Below are positions 17,217-31,291 of a DNA stretch of 64,000 nucleotides, piece after piece. How positions within the stretch are numbered: the stretch's first letter is position 1; each line of letters opens with the position of its first letter. The stretch covers positions 434,001 through 498,000 of the forward strand of contig NW_026851633.1 of the NCBI RefSeq assembly GCF_026571515.1, in the 5' to 3' direction. The notes under the pieces are model-generated. The model saw nothing but the letters and a program-made list of their open reading frames with translations. It made no database searches and was not told where the DNA came from. Source of the DNA: Ruditapes philippinarum. Lineage: Eukaryota. The translations under genes and the position numbers were made by a program.

Positions 17217-18714
17217 CTGAAATCATACAGGAAAAATATGGAAATGGACTTGGCAATCACTTCTTTTTTTAGAAAGACCAGCAAATAAAAAGACAATAAG
17301 ATGGAATTACATAGAAATGTATTCAAATCACACTGGCAACTCAATATAGGCTCAGTATGATAAAATGTTAAATCAAAGCTAGGAGGCTAACTGAAAGCCA
17401 AGAATCTCTGTTGATTTAATAAAAGCTAAACTGAATGAACTGTTTAATAAACAAATGCCACATATGAAACAGTATATCATCAGTTGTAGCTAATTCAATT
17501 ATCTTCTTTATATCCTCCTGCAAGTATGTTCTGAACAATGTTAATTTACCTTAAAAATTAATTTCTTTTGTTAAGGGGAGACAATGTAACTACCGGTACA
17601 AATATTATGAATGAATGCATCTAGGATAACTGTAATCACTGTTGATGATGATTTAAATGATACAAAATTTTTATTAATGAGTGTGGTGTACCCGTAGAAA
17701 TAAAGAAAACTATAGTCATGTTATTTCATATTCATATTCATATATCTTAAGTTTATAAGACTGTCTTTGTTATTTATCTAACATAAATTACTGTAATTAT
17801 TCACCAATAAGACAGATCACTTATAAGAAGTGGCCCTAATTTTGTCTCAAAATGACACTTTTTGGTATATAAGATAACAAAATATTTGACTACATTATTG
17901 AGTGTGTTAAGTGATGTTTCCTACATATTGATCCTACTTAAACATTATTGTTTCAATTTTGGTACTTTAGTTTAACTTTTGTTAAATATTATTCAGAAGA
18001 TTTAGATAACAACCCAATATAGCTTTCTATCATTTAACAATATTAAAAGGGAAAACCTAATCAGTGCTGAAAGAGAATAGGAATGAAAAAAGTGATATTA
18101 TATGTGCTTTGTGTGTGCTATAAATACAGGAAATAACATATGACGAATGTATGAGAATGTTACATAGTTACATTTCAGTAAACAAACAAGTCTACTTTGA
18201 CAGAAATGTTAAAAGTTAAAATATATAGGCTCCGAAGAAAAGTACAGTAAATGGAAGAAGCACAAGCTTGTAATTGCAAGATGTGGTACTTAGCTAATTG
18301 CATATTTTAACCATTTTGTACAAAACAGTGGCAAACATAAATGTAGAAGAGAAAGCAACATAGCAAATCAGAACATAGGTAACAACAATTAACCCATTAC
18401 TTCATAAAGACATGTCTTGACAGTTTTTCATACCCCCCCCCCACCTTCTAGGAGCCTCATATAGTGAAAAAATGCCCTATCTCAGGCCCGAAACACTGTT
18501 TTTTGTTAGAAAAATAGTGAAAAAAAAGATCACTTTTTGCAGCGCCATCCCTTATCTCCAAGAAAATTTTGGACTTGTGAGAGGCTAGAAATGGCCTCAG
18601 GTCAACCTTACAGTTATGTGTAACCAACCCTGAAAAGCCTTTTACTCTATCTCAAACCATTGAGAAGTTGCAGCACTTTAAAATCAGTTTTGATGGAAAA
18701 AATCAACGTGATCT

Positions 18715-18930
18715 TTTTGCAATTTTGAGATGTCCCCTGATTGCCATGGTAACAGGAAACTTAACATTGAGTATGCCGTAACAAAGATTATGGTCCAGTC
18801 AACATTTGTGCTAAGTTTGAACAGTATTGAAACCTTTTTTTGTAGTTTCATACCAATCTGAACTTTTAACAGGAGGCTTTTCAATAAAAACAGCCATTTT
18901 TCACAAAATGCTAATGCAGTAATGGGTTAC
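18715..18930 (-). mobile_element. MITE copy related to 40996-41223
   Basis: Reverse-complement similarity along its length (e.g. GGAGGCTTTTCAAT / ATTGAAAAGCCTCC; GTCAACATTTGTGC / GCACAAATGTTGAC). Confidence 0.65.
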
Positions 18931-19500
18931 GTTAATTCAGAATTCCTTATTGTCATTGAACAAATCCACTGGTATGAGCATTTACAAAATTGTGAAGACA
19001 GTACAATGCTAACACAGCACAAGATATCCATATCATTTCATTCCATTGTCATAATATCATGCATACTTTTACAATTTTTGTTATATTTTTAACTTTGAGT
19101 TTGATATTTGAATACAATCTTTTTTTCCTTTTTGACCAAATTTTAATGTTAATTTCAATCTGTTATAAAAAGATATAAGATAAATATATTTCTAAATCTA
19201 TGTTTGTGGTAGCTGAGTAGAAAATGACATTTGACCTGAAAATATACCCTAAATCTACTAGACAACAGGAAGAACTGTTAGAAACTATTTAAGGTAATAT
19301 GAAGTGTCACACAAATACGAAGAAATCTAATTCATCTTTCAAGCAGATCAAATATATAGGGCATTTTTTTTTTGCTACAAACAATATTACCAAAAAATAT
19401 TTTTCAAATAAAAAAAAGCCCATCAAATTATGATTTGCCATGTGATGCTACAATTTGATATATTTTTTTTTCACACCATGAAAATTAGATAATGGTTCCC

Positions 19501-22500
19501 CTATCGTCCACATGGTATGAGTTTGCTAGCCGGGCTCCAGGCCGGCTTGAAATCATCATAATAATCATCATCATGATGGTGATGTCTATTCTTCATTGCT
19601 TCAATTTCTTGCTGCTTTTCCTGAATAAACAAGGTTTTCAAATATGGGGCAAGTAGCAAGAATTGATGATACTTTAACATGCATATATTGTTGTACATAA
19701 TGTAAGTTAGTATGTGTGGCAGTTCACATTTGGTTACCCAATCTTCCATCTGGCCTCAAGTAAATTAAGTAAAAAAAAACAAAAAAAAAAACAAAAAAAC
19801 ATGCATGGTTATACAAATATTGGGATTAATTTTTGTATGTTTTGTTCATGAAAATATGATAAAACCATTTCTCTGCTAATTCATTGAAACTGTATGTACA
19901 AGTGTGAAAAAGCACTGCAGTTTTTGCCTTTATCTAGCTAGAACTGTCCAGGCTCCCTTTGGTGGACAAGATATCACGCACAATGACATTAAGTCAAAAA
20001 GCTGGAAACTTTTCATATGTCTATAACTATGTCAATATGTCTTAAACCCAAATAAACAAACAACAGTAACAAAACACAATAAATTTGTATGTTTTCAGAG
20101 GATTTTCTGTACAGGTTATTATATCCCTATATCATAATAGTGGCCTGACACAATCTAAAAATTTGACCTACCTTTTTCCTTAACCATTCATTATATTCTT
20201 TTAGAGCACTCCTTTCTTTCTCTTTTTGTGTTTGCATCATAATTTTCTTTGTTTTTAATTTTTCTTCATGTTGACGATGAACGCTTTCCTTGATTTTCTC
20301 ATCTTTTCTCACTTTCCTGTAAAATAAAAGATGATATAGCCTTTTGATTGTCTACCGTTGATCCAAGAGATTTTAAACTGACTTTACTAAACTTTATTCA
20401 AGTATCCAACAATACAGTGGCTCATCAGTATGTACTGAGAGTTGTAAATTCCAGATAAGTCCAATATTTACCCTACATAATGCTAAATATCTTAAATAGA
20501 CTTCCACCTTTAAGTCTGGACAGAATCATTCTTTCTTTGTAGGGTAACTTTCAAAATATTAACTGACTAAATAGCAAGCAATCAAACAAAGATTGGACAG
20601 CATATATGTACACGCTGATTTTGGTCTGTACTGGTTGCATAAATAGAATCTGTTGCCCCAAGCCGACCAAGAGATAATATGAAGCTGTGTGATATGCTTT
20701 AACTTGGACATAGTTTCAATTTCTATAAATAAAACAAACTGTGACTTAGAAATTAAATTAAACTCCATTATTCTATCAAACTTGTGTATGTGATGAAGCT
20801 AAGCAGTTAGCTTTCATAAAGGTTAGTGGTTCTACTCAGGTGAGCACTTATGCTTGAAATATGGCACAGAGAAGGGGCCCAAGGTCTTCCTCCCAACAGA
20901 GCTGAAAAGGCGCAATATGATCTAACAGTTTTGTTTTGACTCAATTAAAATTACACAGTTTGTGTAGAATTGAAATATTTTCACAGTAATTACCATCCTT
21001 TGAACGCTGTCTCATTTTGTTTTTCTTTTTCTCTCTTGGCCTGTCTCTCCTCCTGTTGTTTTCTGTGTTTTTCTTCTACTTTCTTTTTATGCTCCTCAAT
21101 TAATCTTTCATCTTTTGTTTCCTTCCATTTCATAAAGTCCTGTAAAATTATATACAAACATACCATTTCATAAAGTCTGGTAGAAATATACAAAATTATA
21201 AACATATTATAAACATATTATATATTTACTTATAAGTCATCTAAGGCTGTAACTTCACAATGAAATAATAACTTACCAGTACTTTGAATGTGGTATGGAA
21301 AGCCTTAAATATATGAATCTTTGATATGCAAACCTGAGCCCTTTCTATCATATCTTCATTCAATAAATTGTCATTTAAAGGATGTGTTAAACATGTGAAT
21401 GTAAAATCTGACTCGGATTTTCAACATAACTATCAATATATACCTTCTGAGCATCTTTTTTCTTCTGTAATTCTTCTCTTTCCTTCTCTTTCTGCTTCTT
21501 TTCTTCCTCCCTCTTTTTCTGTTGTTTTTCTTTTATAAATGTTTCCTCTTTTTGTTTCATCCAGGCATTGTAAGAGGCAAGAGACTCTAGCTTCTTATCT
21601 TTTTCATCCTGGAATAATCAAAATATTTATGATACTTTCTGGTTTTCAAGCTAAACATGGTCCTGTTCTCAAGATAAAAGTCCATGGACATCCAAACAGG
21701 TTGCACTGCTTTTTGTATGACATTGTTCATGAAAGTTTAAATGAATCTATAAGATGATTTATCTATGTAACATTTTATATAAACTTGTAAACACCATTAA
21801 AGCTTCATTTTAAGATAAAAGTTTCAAGATTACTTATTTCACACATGCTATGTAATGGGCCTTGGTCAGTTTTAACTCTGAAGACTTTTGGAGGGGAACT
21901 GGGTGGGTGGAGCTGGGTCTTACATTGCAACAACACAGTAAAGGTAATTTAGTGACTTTCCAGCTATACTGGTGTGTGAAATCCTTTAGTGCCCTTACGT
22001 GTATTATTTCAGGCACAAATCGGCACCTGAGTAAAACCAATGATGTTTCATAAGCTAGCTGGATAGCTTCCTCACATTAAAGAATCCAAAGTCTTTGTCA
22101 GGATTCGAAACCACAGCGGTGAGAGGCAAGTGGTTAGAAATAAACTACTTTAACCACTTGGCCACAGATGTCCAAATCCTGAAGACAAGGTCTGTTAAAT
22201 TGTGGATTAAATCTATGGTTTTCCATACCAAATAATAATAATGGTAATTTAGTATTTCATAGATTTAATTTACAATTTAACAGAACATTCTGGTAAAAGA
22301 TAGGTTTTCTTTCAACGTTCATTTAGGTTTTAACGGTATATGTGTTAAGTGATTAACAGAACAATGGGATCACCTTTTCTTTTTTCTTCTGTTCTTCCTC
22401 CTCTTTCTTCTTTTGTTCATGTGTTTTCTTCACACTTTCTTTCGTTTTAACTTTCTTCCATTCATCAAATATTGCCTGCCTTATAGATGTGGTACTGTTA

Positions 22501-25500
22501 AAAGCATCAACTGAATAATCTGTAGCAGTAGAACTAGGTCGGGAGCCAGGTAATGTATGACGTGGTTTGGGTCGCAGCACCGCATCATGTGTTCTGTAAT
22601 ATAAATGTCATTCATACTATTTTAAGGTTTTGAATCAAATTATATATTTTTGGTTTTTGAAAAAAGGAAATACATAGTCAATTTTGAATTATTTAAAGCA
22701 TGTGGAACAGGACATCAACAATAACTGAACACAATCTCAATTAAAGTTTAAAAAAAATACTGTTTGTAGCGATTTGTAATACTCTACCACCTTGAATTCT
22801 TCTTTAGTTGTTTGCAAGTTTTTCAGCATACATCAGCAGTTTATCATGGACAAATTATGTTAGTAATATCAAAATGTTATATAACACAACATGTCTTTAG
22901 AGCTTGATCATATTACTTGTGTTGTCTGTAGGTCAAATAGATTCCCTGTTGTCATAGCTTACAATTTACTGGTTCACTTATTCAACTAGCACAATAAGCA
23001 TAATTAGAGTAGGACATGGTGTTTTTATAAAAAGCTCAATTAAGACAATCCTTGAAAATGTTGGTTTTTATTTATTATAAACCCCTATGTTTTAATTACA
23101 CAGTCAGAAAGAAATAATCTTTAAATGAAGAGCAACAAAGTTATTATTTCACCAAAATAAATTGAACTACTATTTAGCTTAAGGTTTAATACAAACTTGT
23201 AAACTTATAAAAGAATTTTTATGAAAATACTCAACATTTTTTCCTACAAGTGTCTTAATAATAATGTAACATACTTAGCACTGGTAGGTCCTTTCTGTGA
23301 GATTTGTTTAGGATCCGATTGAGCATCTTCAACTCGTGATATGATATCATCAGCTGCTTTACGATCACTCCTCTGATTGGTTGAACTGTAATATACACAA
23401 TAAAATGTTATAATACATGGCTTGAAATAATAAGATTACCACAAGTGACTTTATCCATACCGAGCATAATGCACTTGCCCTGCTCTCATTTTGGAAGAAT
23501 CCATGTGTTATTTAAAGGATTTGATTTATTTCTGTATAAAAATTCTGAAATTAAGCCGGTAAAAGCATAGACCCTGACTAGACTGCCTTTATAAGCAGAA
23601 TGGCCTGACTCAATATTGGTGACAAAGGCCTTCAGTAATTATTTTAGTTAAAAACTGAAATTTTTATCTTTACATTTGCAATTATCTGATTTTTTTTCTT
23701 TATCTAAGTAACAATGTATTTAGGAAGGCTTGTAACATCTTCAATATGAATTCTTCAAAGCAAAAAACTATAAAACCATTACTTTTCAATATGCTATTAC
23801 AATTATGCATTTCTTCCACTCTTTAAAATGATATTATCCAATCTTATACAAACTCATGATAACATCATTTCAGATGTATCCTCTGATTTTTTATTATCAT
23901 AACAAATCCCTGATGTTTTTCTACATTTATCATAATTAAGATGCTCTCTACAAAATTAAATGTTAGAAATTCTGTATTTTTCCTAAAACCCAGTTAATTC
24001 TTATAATCATCATTAATTTATTTAAACATCCACCTTAACTTTACTTATTGTGTGTCATCAACATGCCCTACTCTAAATTTCAACTTTTTCCTAAAAGCTC
24101 AAGTGATTTTAATATTTCATACAATAAAATATATGTAGTAAAAAAAACCCCTCACTTATCAACGTCACAATTTTGGGTTATATGCTCTTGAAAATGACAT
24201 AGAGAGTAAAAAATATCACTTTATGGGGCAAATAACTCAAGAAGTATGATGGTGACCCTCAATTATTTTTTCAATTATGATTCTCTTTAATCATGCAAAT
24301 TTAGAGTCAATTCTCCGAACTAGTTAAAACTTTCCTTCTTTGAACATGTATAAAAATTGCAGTACTTCCATACACATTTTTAAAGAAATGATCAAAAACT
24401 TACGTCAAACGTTTTTCTTTTTCCTGTAATCTTTCTGCTTCTTTATTTGGGTCACGATCAAGCTCGAAGCATACAGAACTTTGATCACTGGGAATTTTTT
24501 TACTGGTCTGTTCATCTCTGGTAGACTCCTCATACATACTTGGCTGCTCTGTTTGGGCGGAAAATTAGCAGAAAGTTAATGGTAAATTATTGAGAACTCT
24601 GTAAAGGTTCAACAGTATAAACTTGTCCCCTAAGAGAATAGTCTCCTTCCCTTACAGTATAAATCATACATGATGGTAGAGAAAATCTTCCAAGAGACAA
24701 GGGTGATACTTTTAAACATAACAAATTTAACTTTGATTGAATTTGGAAACTAATTAACATCAGAAGGATATTGATCACAAAATTATATAGTAGCGGGACA
24801 CCTAATGAACACTGTTTATATAACAGAAAAAAATCAAGAATATAAAACTGACCTTTCTAGCCTATTAGAAAAACTGTTAATGCCATTTATAAAATGTGTC
24901 ATAAATACAAAGTTTTTTAACAACTAAAGTGACAATTGTTCAGTGTTCACAAAACTTGTGAAAAACTTAATCAAATACTCTGCGTTCTTCCTGTTTTGAT
25001 ATGGACGAACAATACATGTGTAAATTATATTTGATATAGTTAAATACTGTAAACATATTTTAAATAGAAAATATTTCCTTTCACATTTAATAATTGTTAT
25101 AAGACTAAGAATACTATAATTTGCCTCATATTTTTCTTCTTCTATTAACAACTAACTGATAAGTTTATTATCATGTATGATTATCCTGGAGCATTTTTGA
25201 AAATGAAATAAAATGTACAAATGTGAAACTTTATCAAATCTTATTGGTTGCTATATGATATCATTCTTAACTATAATATTATAGTCCCTTAAATATTTAC
25301 CATTAAATTCATCAGTAATAGAGTCATGTGACACAGATTTCTTTAGATTGCTTTGTCGACCGCTCCCAACTCTATGGTCAGTTCTTGTTTTAGGCTTTGG
25401 CTTATCAGTTGGAGCATCATCAGTCAGGAAGTCAAACAGCCCTGGTTCCTTTTTTGTTTTAGTGTCCTCATTTTCTTCTAAAATAACATCAGAGATGATA

Positions 25501-28500
25501 ATAGTTATTATGTTTGTCCATTACTTATCTTTTGCAGTATGTCACATCAATAAAAACAGAAAAGTTTCGGGTTAACTGATCAAAACACCACCAACTTTCC
25601 ATAAGCTTTAAAATCATGTCTTCACATAAATATGCAAAGCAAGTAAAATTAACTAAGATAAAATAAAAAAAAGAAATTCATGAAATATTAGCTAGAACTG
25701 CCAAAAAATCATGCCATTTTCAATACAAAAAACAGATCTAAGCTTAAGCTTCACTCTCTTAAATTAACAAATACTAAAAGAATGAAAAAATATGACTACA
25801 GCCTTCAATTTATAAGCTTGAGTCTCCACTATGATTATTTGGCAAATTTTTGTTGCAAAGTAAGTAACATTTAGTACAAAATTCAGAAAGTCTGGTAATG
25901 AAACTGCTTATAAATTCATCATTCATTACTCTAACTTGCATTAAATCAAAGCATTGAATTTTGCTTATGATACTGAATGAAATGTCAAGCAGGTTCCTGA
26001 AATAGTTATTGTGACATTTTACAGAAATAATTGCAAATAATAATAACATACCTCTAGAATCAGCTTTAGAAAATCTTTTGGAAGGTGTAGTGCGACCAGT
26101 TGGAGTTTTACGGCCAGTTGGGGTTTCACGCCCAGTGGGTGTTTCTCTTCCAGTTGGCGTCTTCCTCCCTGTTGGGGTATGCCTGCCAGATGACATTCTT
26201 TGAGATGCAGGTGTCCTCTTATCATCTTTTTGGAAACGTCTTCGCTCGCGAGTGGATGGTAAATTTTCTGATTCATCATCAAGCTCTACATGTTTTTCCT
26301 TTCTTCCAAAAATATCCACCTTTGGTTTAGGACGTTCTGATCTTGGTGATTCCATAGACAGAGTCCTGCATTAGGTGTCAACCAAAGAAACATAAATTAT
26401 CCATCCATAGTAAGAGCAGTTATTTGTTTGTTCTACAGCATATGATCTGACTGTAAACAATTCTTACACAGCTTAACTTGTTTTATAGACTTGCCCAACT
26501 TTAAATTTAGAATTGCCAATTTTGGTTAAAAGAGGTTTCAGTATCAAAGAGCTTAACTTGAGCAGATTACCATAAAGCATCTGGTCATAGAGCATTATTC
26601 TGATATAACAGGAAAACATTCAGAAATTACAGAGAACATCTATTTAAATCAGAGAATACACAAATTTTCCATATACTTAACACATGATAATCAATTAACC
26701 ATATTTATTAGATTTTCTTTACAAATATAATGCTACATACATATAAGTCAAGAATTTAAAGACTATCAATCAAATAAGGATAAGTCTGAAGTGTCTATTA
26801 ATTGTTTTAACAAGGTAGACCTAAAATGTAGGACATTCCTTACAACTTGATATTTATTTATACATTTTTAACATATAATATGGGTAGATATATTAAGTTA
26901 CTAAGATATTAATTCTTAATAGCTAGATTAAAATCCTGCATCAAATCAACTGCGACATCCAAAAATTGTAATAAATAATGTTGTGCAACTTTACCTGGGA
27001 GATGAGTCTCTAGATCTAAGTCGTGATTCCTTCGGGCTTGTTTGTCTTGCTCGAGGCACAGGTCTCGGACTTTCATTGATAGGCTGAAGACTTGAATCAA
27101 CTGGTGTTTTTCTTCCTCCTCGCTCTACAAACAAAAATAACATAAATGCATAATTACTTTTAAGACAAGCACCAAACTTATTATCATTAAAAGCTTTCAA
27201 ATGTCCATGAGGCTGCAAGGCGAGCATAAATACAAACACAGAACTTTGTGTCATATAATCATCCGGAATTGCACCTTCAATACAATGACTGTGCTGTCTA
27301 CTATACAACAAATCTTATAAAACCAGAAATAGCACTTAAAGTGATACAATCCTTCAGAATTACACATTTTTGTAATTTTCATTTTATTTTAAACAAATGT
27401 GCAAAGTACCTTCAATAAAATGCAAAAAGAAAGTCTGAACAAATATAAGGATATATTTATCGTCATGAATAGACTACACAGGTTATTGATATGGTGTTAT
27501 GACAGGCATAAAAATAAAGTCTATAAACATTTGTGACATAATATCTCCCACAAAGCAAAGAGTGAAATATAAAAAAATTATCTGTATATTTGTATATAAA
27601 CTACTGAAAATGACAAGTTTAAAAAAAAACAGCCTCATATTTTATCACTCAAGATCCTTTATTTATTCATGAAATAATTTAGTAGAATTAGGGTTATCTG
27701 AACATCAATATATTACTTTAATGATCAACATTATTTTTTGTCCACTCACATTGTAGTATTTTTCAAATTTCTGCTAAGTCTAACTTTAGTTAATGTGTAC
27801 TAACTAAATAAAATTTACTTAATCTGCCGTCTAACCTGAGTCTAACAAATTTCAATAATGCATTATATTAGGGAGGAGTTAGAGGTGTGATTTGCACTCT
27901 GAATTGTAAAATATCTAGGTTAGCAGAACAATGCTAACGTAAAAAACAATTAGGCGAGGTCATGTGTTTCTAAATGTGAGGATACAATCAATTAATTTAT
28001 TACATAGATAATACATGTGGGGCATGCAGAGACAAATGTTTTTTTTATATCCTTTTAACTCTAAGAAAAATGCCTGTTATAAAATTGCTGACTGTTTTAA
28101 ACTTCTTTTTTTTATCTTGAAAAAGTAACCAAAACATAATTTTCTTTCAGTTGATAGGAATGAACTGCATTAACAATCCTTGATATTAAGAATACAATGA
28201 TTATAAATACATTTTTTGACTGGAAAACTCATGGTAAATGGACCCCTCCACCTGTAAACCTAGATTGACACACAAAAAAGCTGTTTTTCAAATGAGCAAA
28301 TCAATAGGGATTTTAAATGTTAGTGAATAACTTAAAGCTAATAATGAATTTGTATAAATTATTAATCTAATGCATTTTCTCACATTTTCCATTTATTTCA
28401 TTAACTCCATTGCTTTTACCTAATTGCATCATTTTCCTCGCTGTTTTTTTTTCAGCATGATAGTCTTACTGTAGATAAAGGTATAAATTCTGTGACATTT

Positions 28501-30760
28501 CAGTAAAAAATGTGCCTGATTATTTGTTGATAGGGCCATTTATTTAGCTTATCTAAATGTGATATGTTAGAAACTTGACAAGGTGTAGACATCTTGTAGA
28601 GCGAAAGGGCGGAGCTATCGGTGATTTAGTGAAATGCCTTGTTTTTGGTTGAAAAAATAATGTTGATCATTAAATAGGTTAATGTTTAATAATATGCATT
28701 AACAAAAATAATTGGTCGCCTGCCTGCGGCAGGCTTGACCAATTATTTTTGTTAATACATATTATTAAACACTAACCTATACGAAATGTTGTTATAAAAT
28801 AAGATCTATATAACAATGTTTATTATACTCACTATCAAGTTCTGCACTGGGCGATGACCTGTCTTGATCACCAAACGGGGATCGTCTAAAACTTGGAGCA
28901 GTCCATTCTTTGTCATGCTTCTGCTGTTGCCTATATAAACAAATATAGTAAACATTTCAATTCTTCTGTTCTGACTTCATTATTAACTTTTCTTTTTCTT
29001 ATACAAATTTTAATTTATCTATTGATTTTATAAATGTACAGCACAGACTCAAAAGTTTGAGCAGCAAATAGTACATGTACAAAGCAATGTTGGACTTAAA
29101 TGAAGTGCAGATTAGCCTCAACGACCTGACTATATTGATGCCATTAGAGTAACATCTTAGCTCAATAAGAAAACTACATGTATATTGAATCATAAAACAA
29201 ACAAAACTGTGATGAATCTTTATGTTAACTTAGAAACATGAAACAATGAACTATAGAATGAACTTAGAAATTCAGGCTTACCATACAATTACATTTGTGA
29301 AGATTTTTTCCAATTGGAAAGTTTTTAACATATGTATCTGTTAACATTAAAAATGTATCTGTTAATATTAAAATCATAATTTGCTTTATTGTTTTATTGG
29401 GTTTTATGTCACACTGACACAGTATATAGGTCATTTGGTGACTAGCTTTACTGGTGAAGGAAGACCTCAGGTGCCCTTCCGTGCATTATTTCAGGCACGA
29501 ACGGGCACCTGAGTAGAACCACTGACGTTCCGTAAGCTAGCTGAATAGCTTCCTCACATGAAAGAATCCAAAGTCCCTGTCGGGATTCGAACCCACAGCG
29601 GTGAGGGGTAAGTGGTTTGAAGTCAACGACTTAAACCACTCGGCCACGGACGCCCATTAAAATCATAACAACAAAGTTAACTTAATAGTTGTTCATATCT
29701 TCAAGTATGGCTTTTGAATGACATTAATACAGAAAAGATTCATTTCAAATACATACAATATATCATATTAAAAAAAAATTCAAGAAAAAAAAATTAACAT
29801 TACATTTCATTTGTTGGAGTCTTCCTCCCAAATATTTTTTCTTCAGCTGTCAATTCAGGAGTAGATTCCTTTGTTGATACTGGTGATTTTTTCCCTCCAA
29901 ACAGTGACTTAGGAAGAGATGTTCCTGATCCAGACGGTGAAGGAGAAGTCCTTCCCTTTGAGAATAGATTTTCTTCCACTGGGGATTGTCTCATAAACTT
30001 TTTATCCAAAGGAGAAGTCTGAGTGCGGGGACTAGCTCCAAACATTTGGTCAACTTCACTTCTTGAAGGCTGTTTTGAAAATCTTGGTGACTCTTTCAAC
30101 GGTGGTGTCTGCCTGAGTGTGGACATTGTATCTTTTTTAGACTGTGAATTTTTCATCCATTTATTGGTGTCAGAAGGTCTCATAGTGTCACCTAAGTCTG
30201 GTTTACCTCTGCGTTTGGCTGAAGTTGGTCTGTCAGTCCTTTTTTGATTCATTCTATAGTTCATAGTCATGCCTAGGAAAATGAAAGAAAATACATACTA
30301 CTTATCTTTAACTTGTTAGCCTTAAATTTTAACAATTTAACTAAAACTTATCACATATTTTTCTTTAGCAAGACAGTTAGAATTGAAGTGTTTTATTTTT
30401 TTCTGAACCTGCAATACCAGGACTAAAACATTGCATATTTTTACAATTAGTGACCTGGAAAACATTCAGGCATGTCAAAGATATTAATAGCAAACTATTC
30501 TGAACAAAATAAATTAAAGAATACTAGTCATATAAATTATAATATGCCGAATTTTGCAATATAAATAAACTAAACTTACTGTTTTCTTCCTCACTGTCAA
30601 AGCCATCATCCATACCCTCTGATTCTTCACTTGTTATGTCTGCAGATAGACCTTTTTTCTTGCGTTCCCTCATTTTCTGCCTTAGTTCACTCTGAAACGA
30701 GTTTGCAGGCTTCTCTCTCCGCTCCTTCATTGACATATATGGGCCATCTACATAATCCAT
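19501..30760 (-). CDS. MAP9: Microtubule-associated protein 9 (ASAP), ~806 aa
   Basis: Phase-consistent exons 30580-30760, 29804-30272, 28833-28930, 26995-27124, 26052-26365, 25301-25477, 24404-24548, 23275-23385, 22374-22593, 21444-21608, 20994-21139, 20172-20316 and 19501-19620. N-terminal SFQSEL...DDGFDSEE, an S/T-P-rich middle, E/K coiled coil with periodic F/Y-x-x-W (FDEW, YNAW, FMKW, FKGW, YNEW) and a terminal PAWSPAS match MAP9 hallmarks. Confidence 0.9.
20785..20960 (+). mobile_element. Degenerate SINE body (family of 29380-29655)
   Basis: Shares GTGGTTCTACTCAGGTG and AGGTCTTCC blocks with that element. Confidence 0.55.
21915..22173 (-). mobile_element. tRNA-derived SINE
   Basis: Minus strand GTGGCCAAGTGGTTAAAG...GGTTTCGAATCC; colinear with 29380-29655. 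Confidence 0.75.
26085..26195 (-). repeat. Coding 18-bp repeat (GRxTPT) x6 in a MAP9 exon
   Basis: Translation GRHTPT GRKTPT GRETPT GRETPT GRKTPT GRTTPS. Confidence 0.85.
27715..28676. mobile_element. TIR-bounded non-autonomous element
   Basis: TTTAATGATCAACATTATTTTTT (27717) and AAAAAATAATGTTGATCATTAAA (28652-28674) form an inverted repeat. Confidence 0.6.
28674..28780. repeat. ~107-bp palindrome (hairpin MITE)
   Basis: ATAGGTTAATGTTTAATAATATGCATTAACAAAAATAATTGGTC ... GACCAATTATTTTTGTTAATACATATTATTAAACACTAACCTAT around a GC-rich centre. Confidence 0.8.
29380..29655 (-). mobile_element. Full-length tRNA-derived SINE with 13-bp TSD
   Basis: Minus strand GGGCGTCCGTGGCCGAGTGG (A box)...GGTTCGAATCCC (B box), with an A-rich tail. 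TSD ATTAAAATCATAA is at 29367-29379 and 29656-29668. Confidence 0.88.
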
Positions 30761-31291
30761 CTGAAAGAAGACTTACATGATATAAAATTTTATATTGGCA
30801 AATGAAAAATGTTTGTAGTTTTAAGAGTTCCTATATGTGTACCGGTAACTTCAATTTGGTATATTTGAAATTAGTGTATAATGGACATGAAAATCTTTCA
30901 ATCAAAACTTCTGCGCAACTTTTGTATTACATCTTGCGAATAGAATTACTGAAAGTTACTGAAAGATACCAAAATATAAATTTATTGGCTAGCTAAAAAA
31001 ATTAATGAAGGTAAAAATAGGAAATTAGTCATTAACTGTTAAAAGATATATACCCGGGTACCCTAAATTTGTTCAAGTCTTAGAGTAATCACTGTTACTG
31101 TGTACAGTATGTCATGAAGTAATAGTATCAAAAAATTTTCGAAAGAAAACAGTTGGATATTTTTGTACATGTACATGACAGAGTAAATTTAATGAATCAG
31201 CCGAACACTTGGATCTGACATTAGAAAATATAGTGTATCATTCCTGCACTAAAAAGATAAAGTAAACTTTACACACACATATGTGTATCTA

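Noticed and set aside
17087-17344. Listed 85-aa minus-strand ORF
   Set aside because: Wrong frame; the meaningful reading is the MAP9-like exon 17097-17216.
29570-29655. tRNA gene
   Set aside because: The A and B boxes continue into a SINE body with a tail and TSD, and several diverged copies occur in the window.
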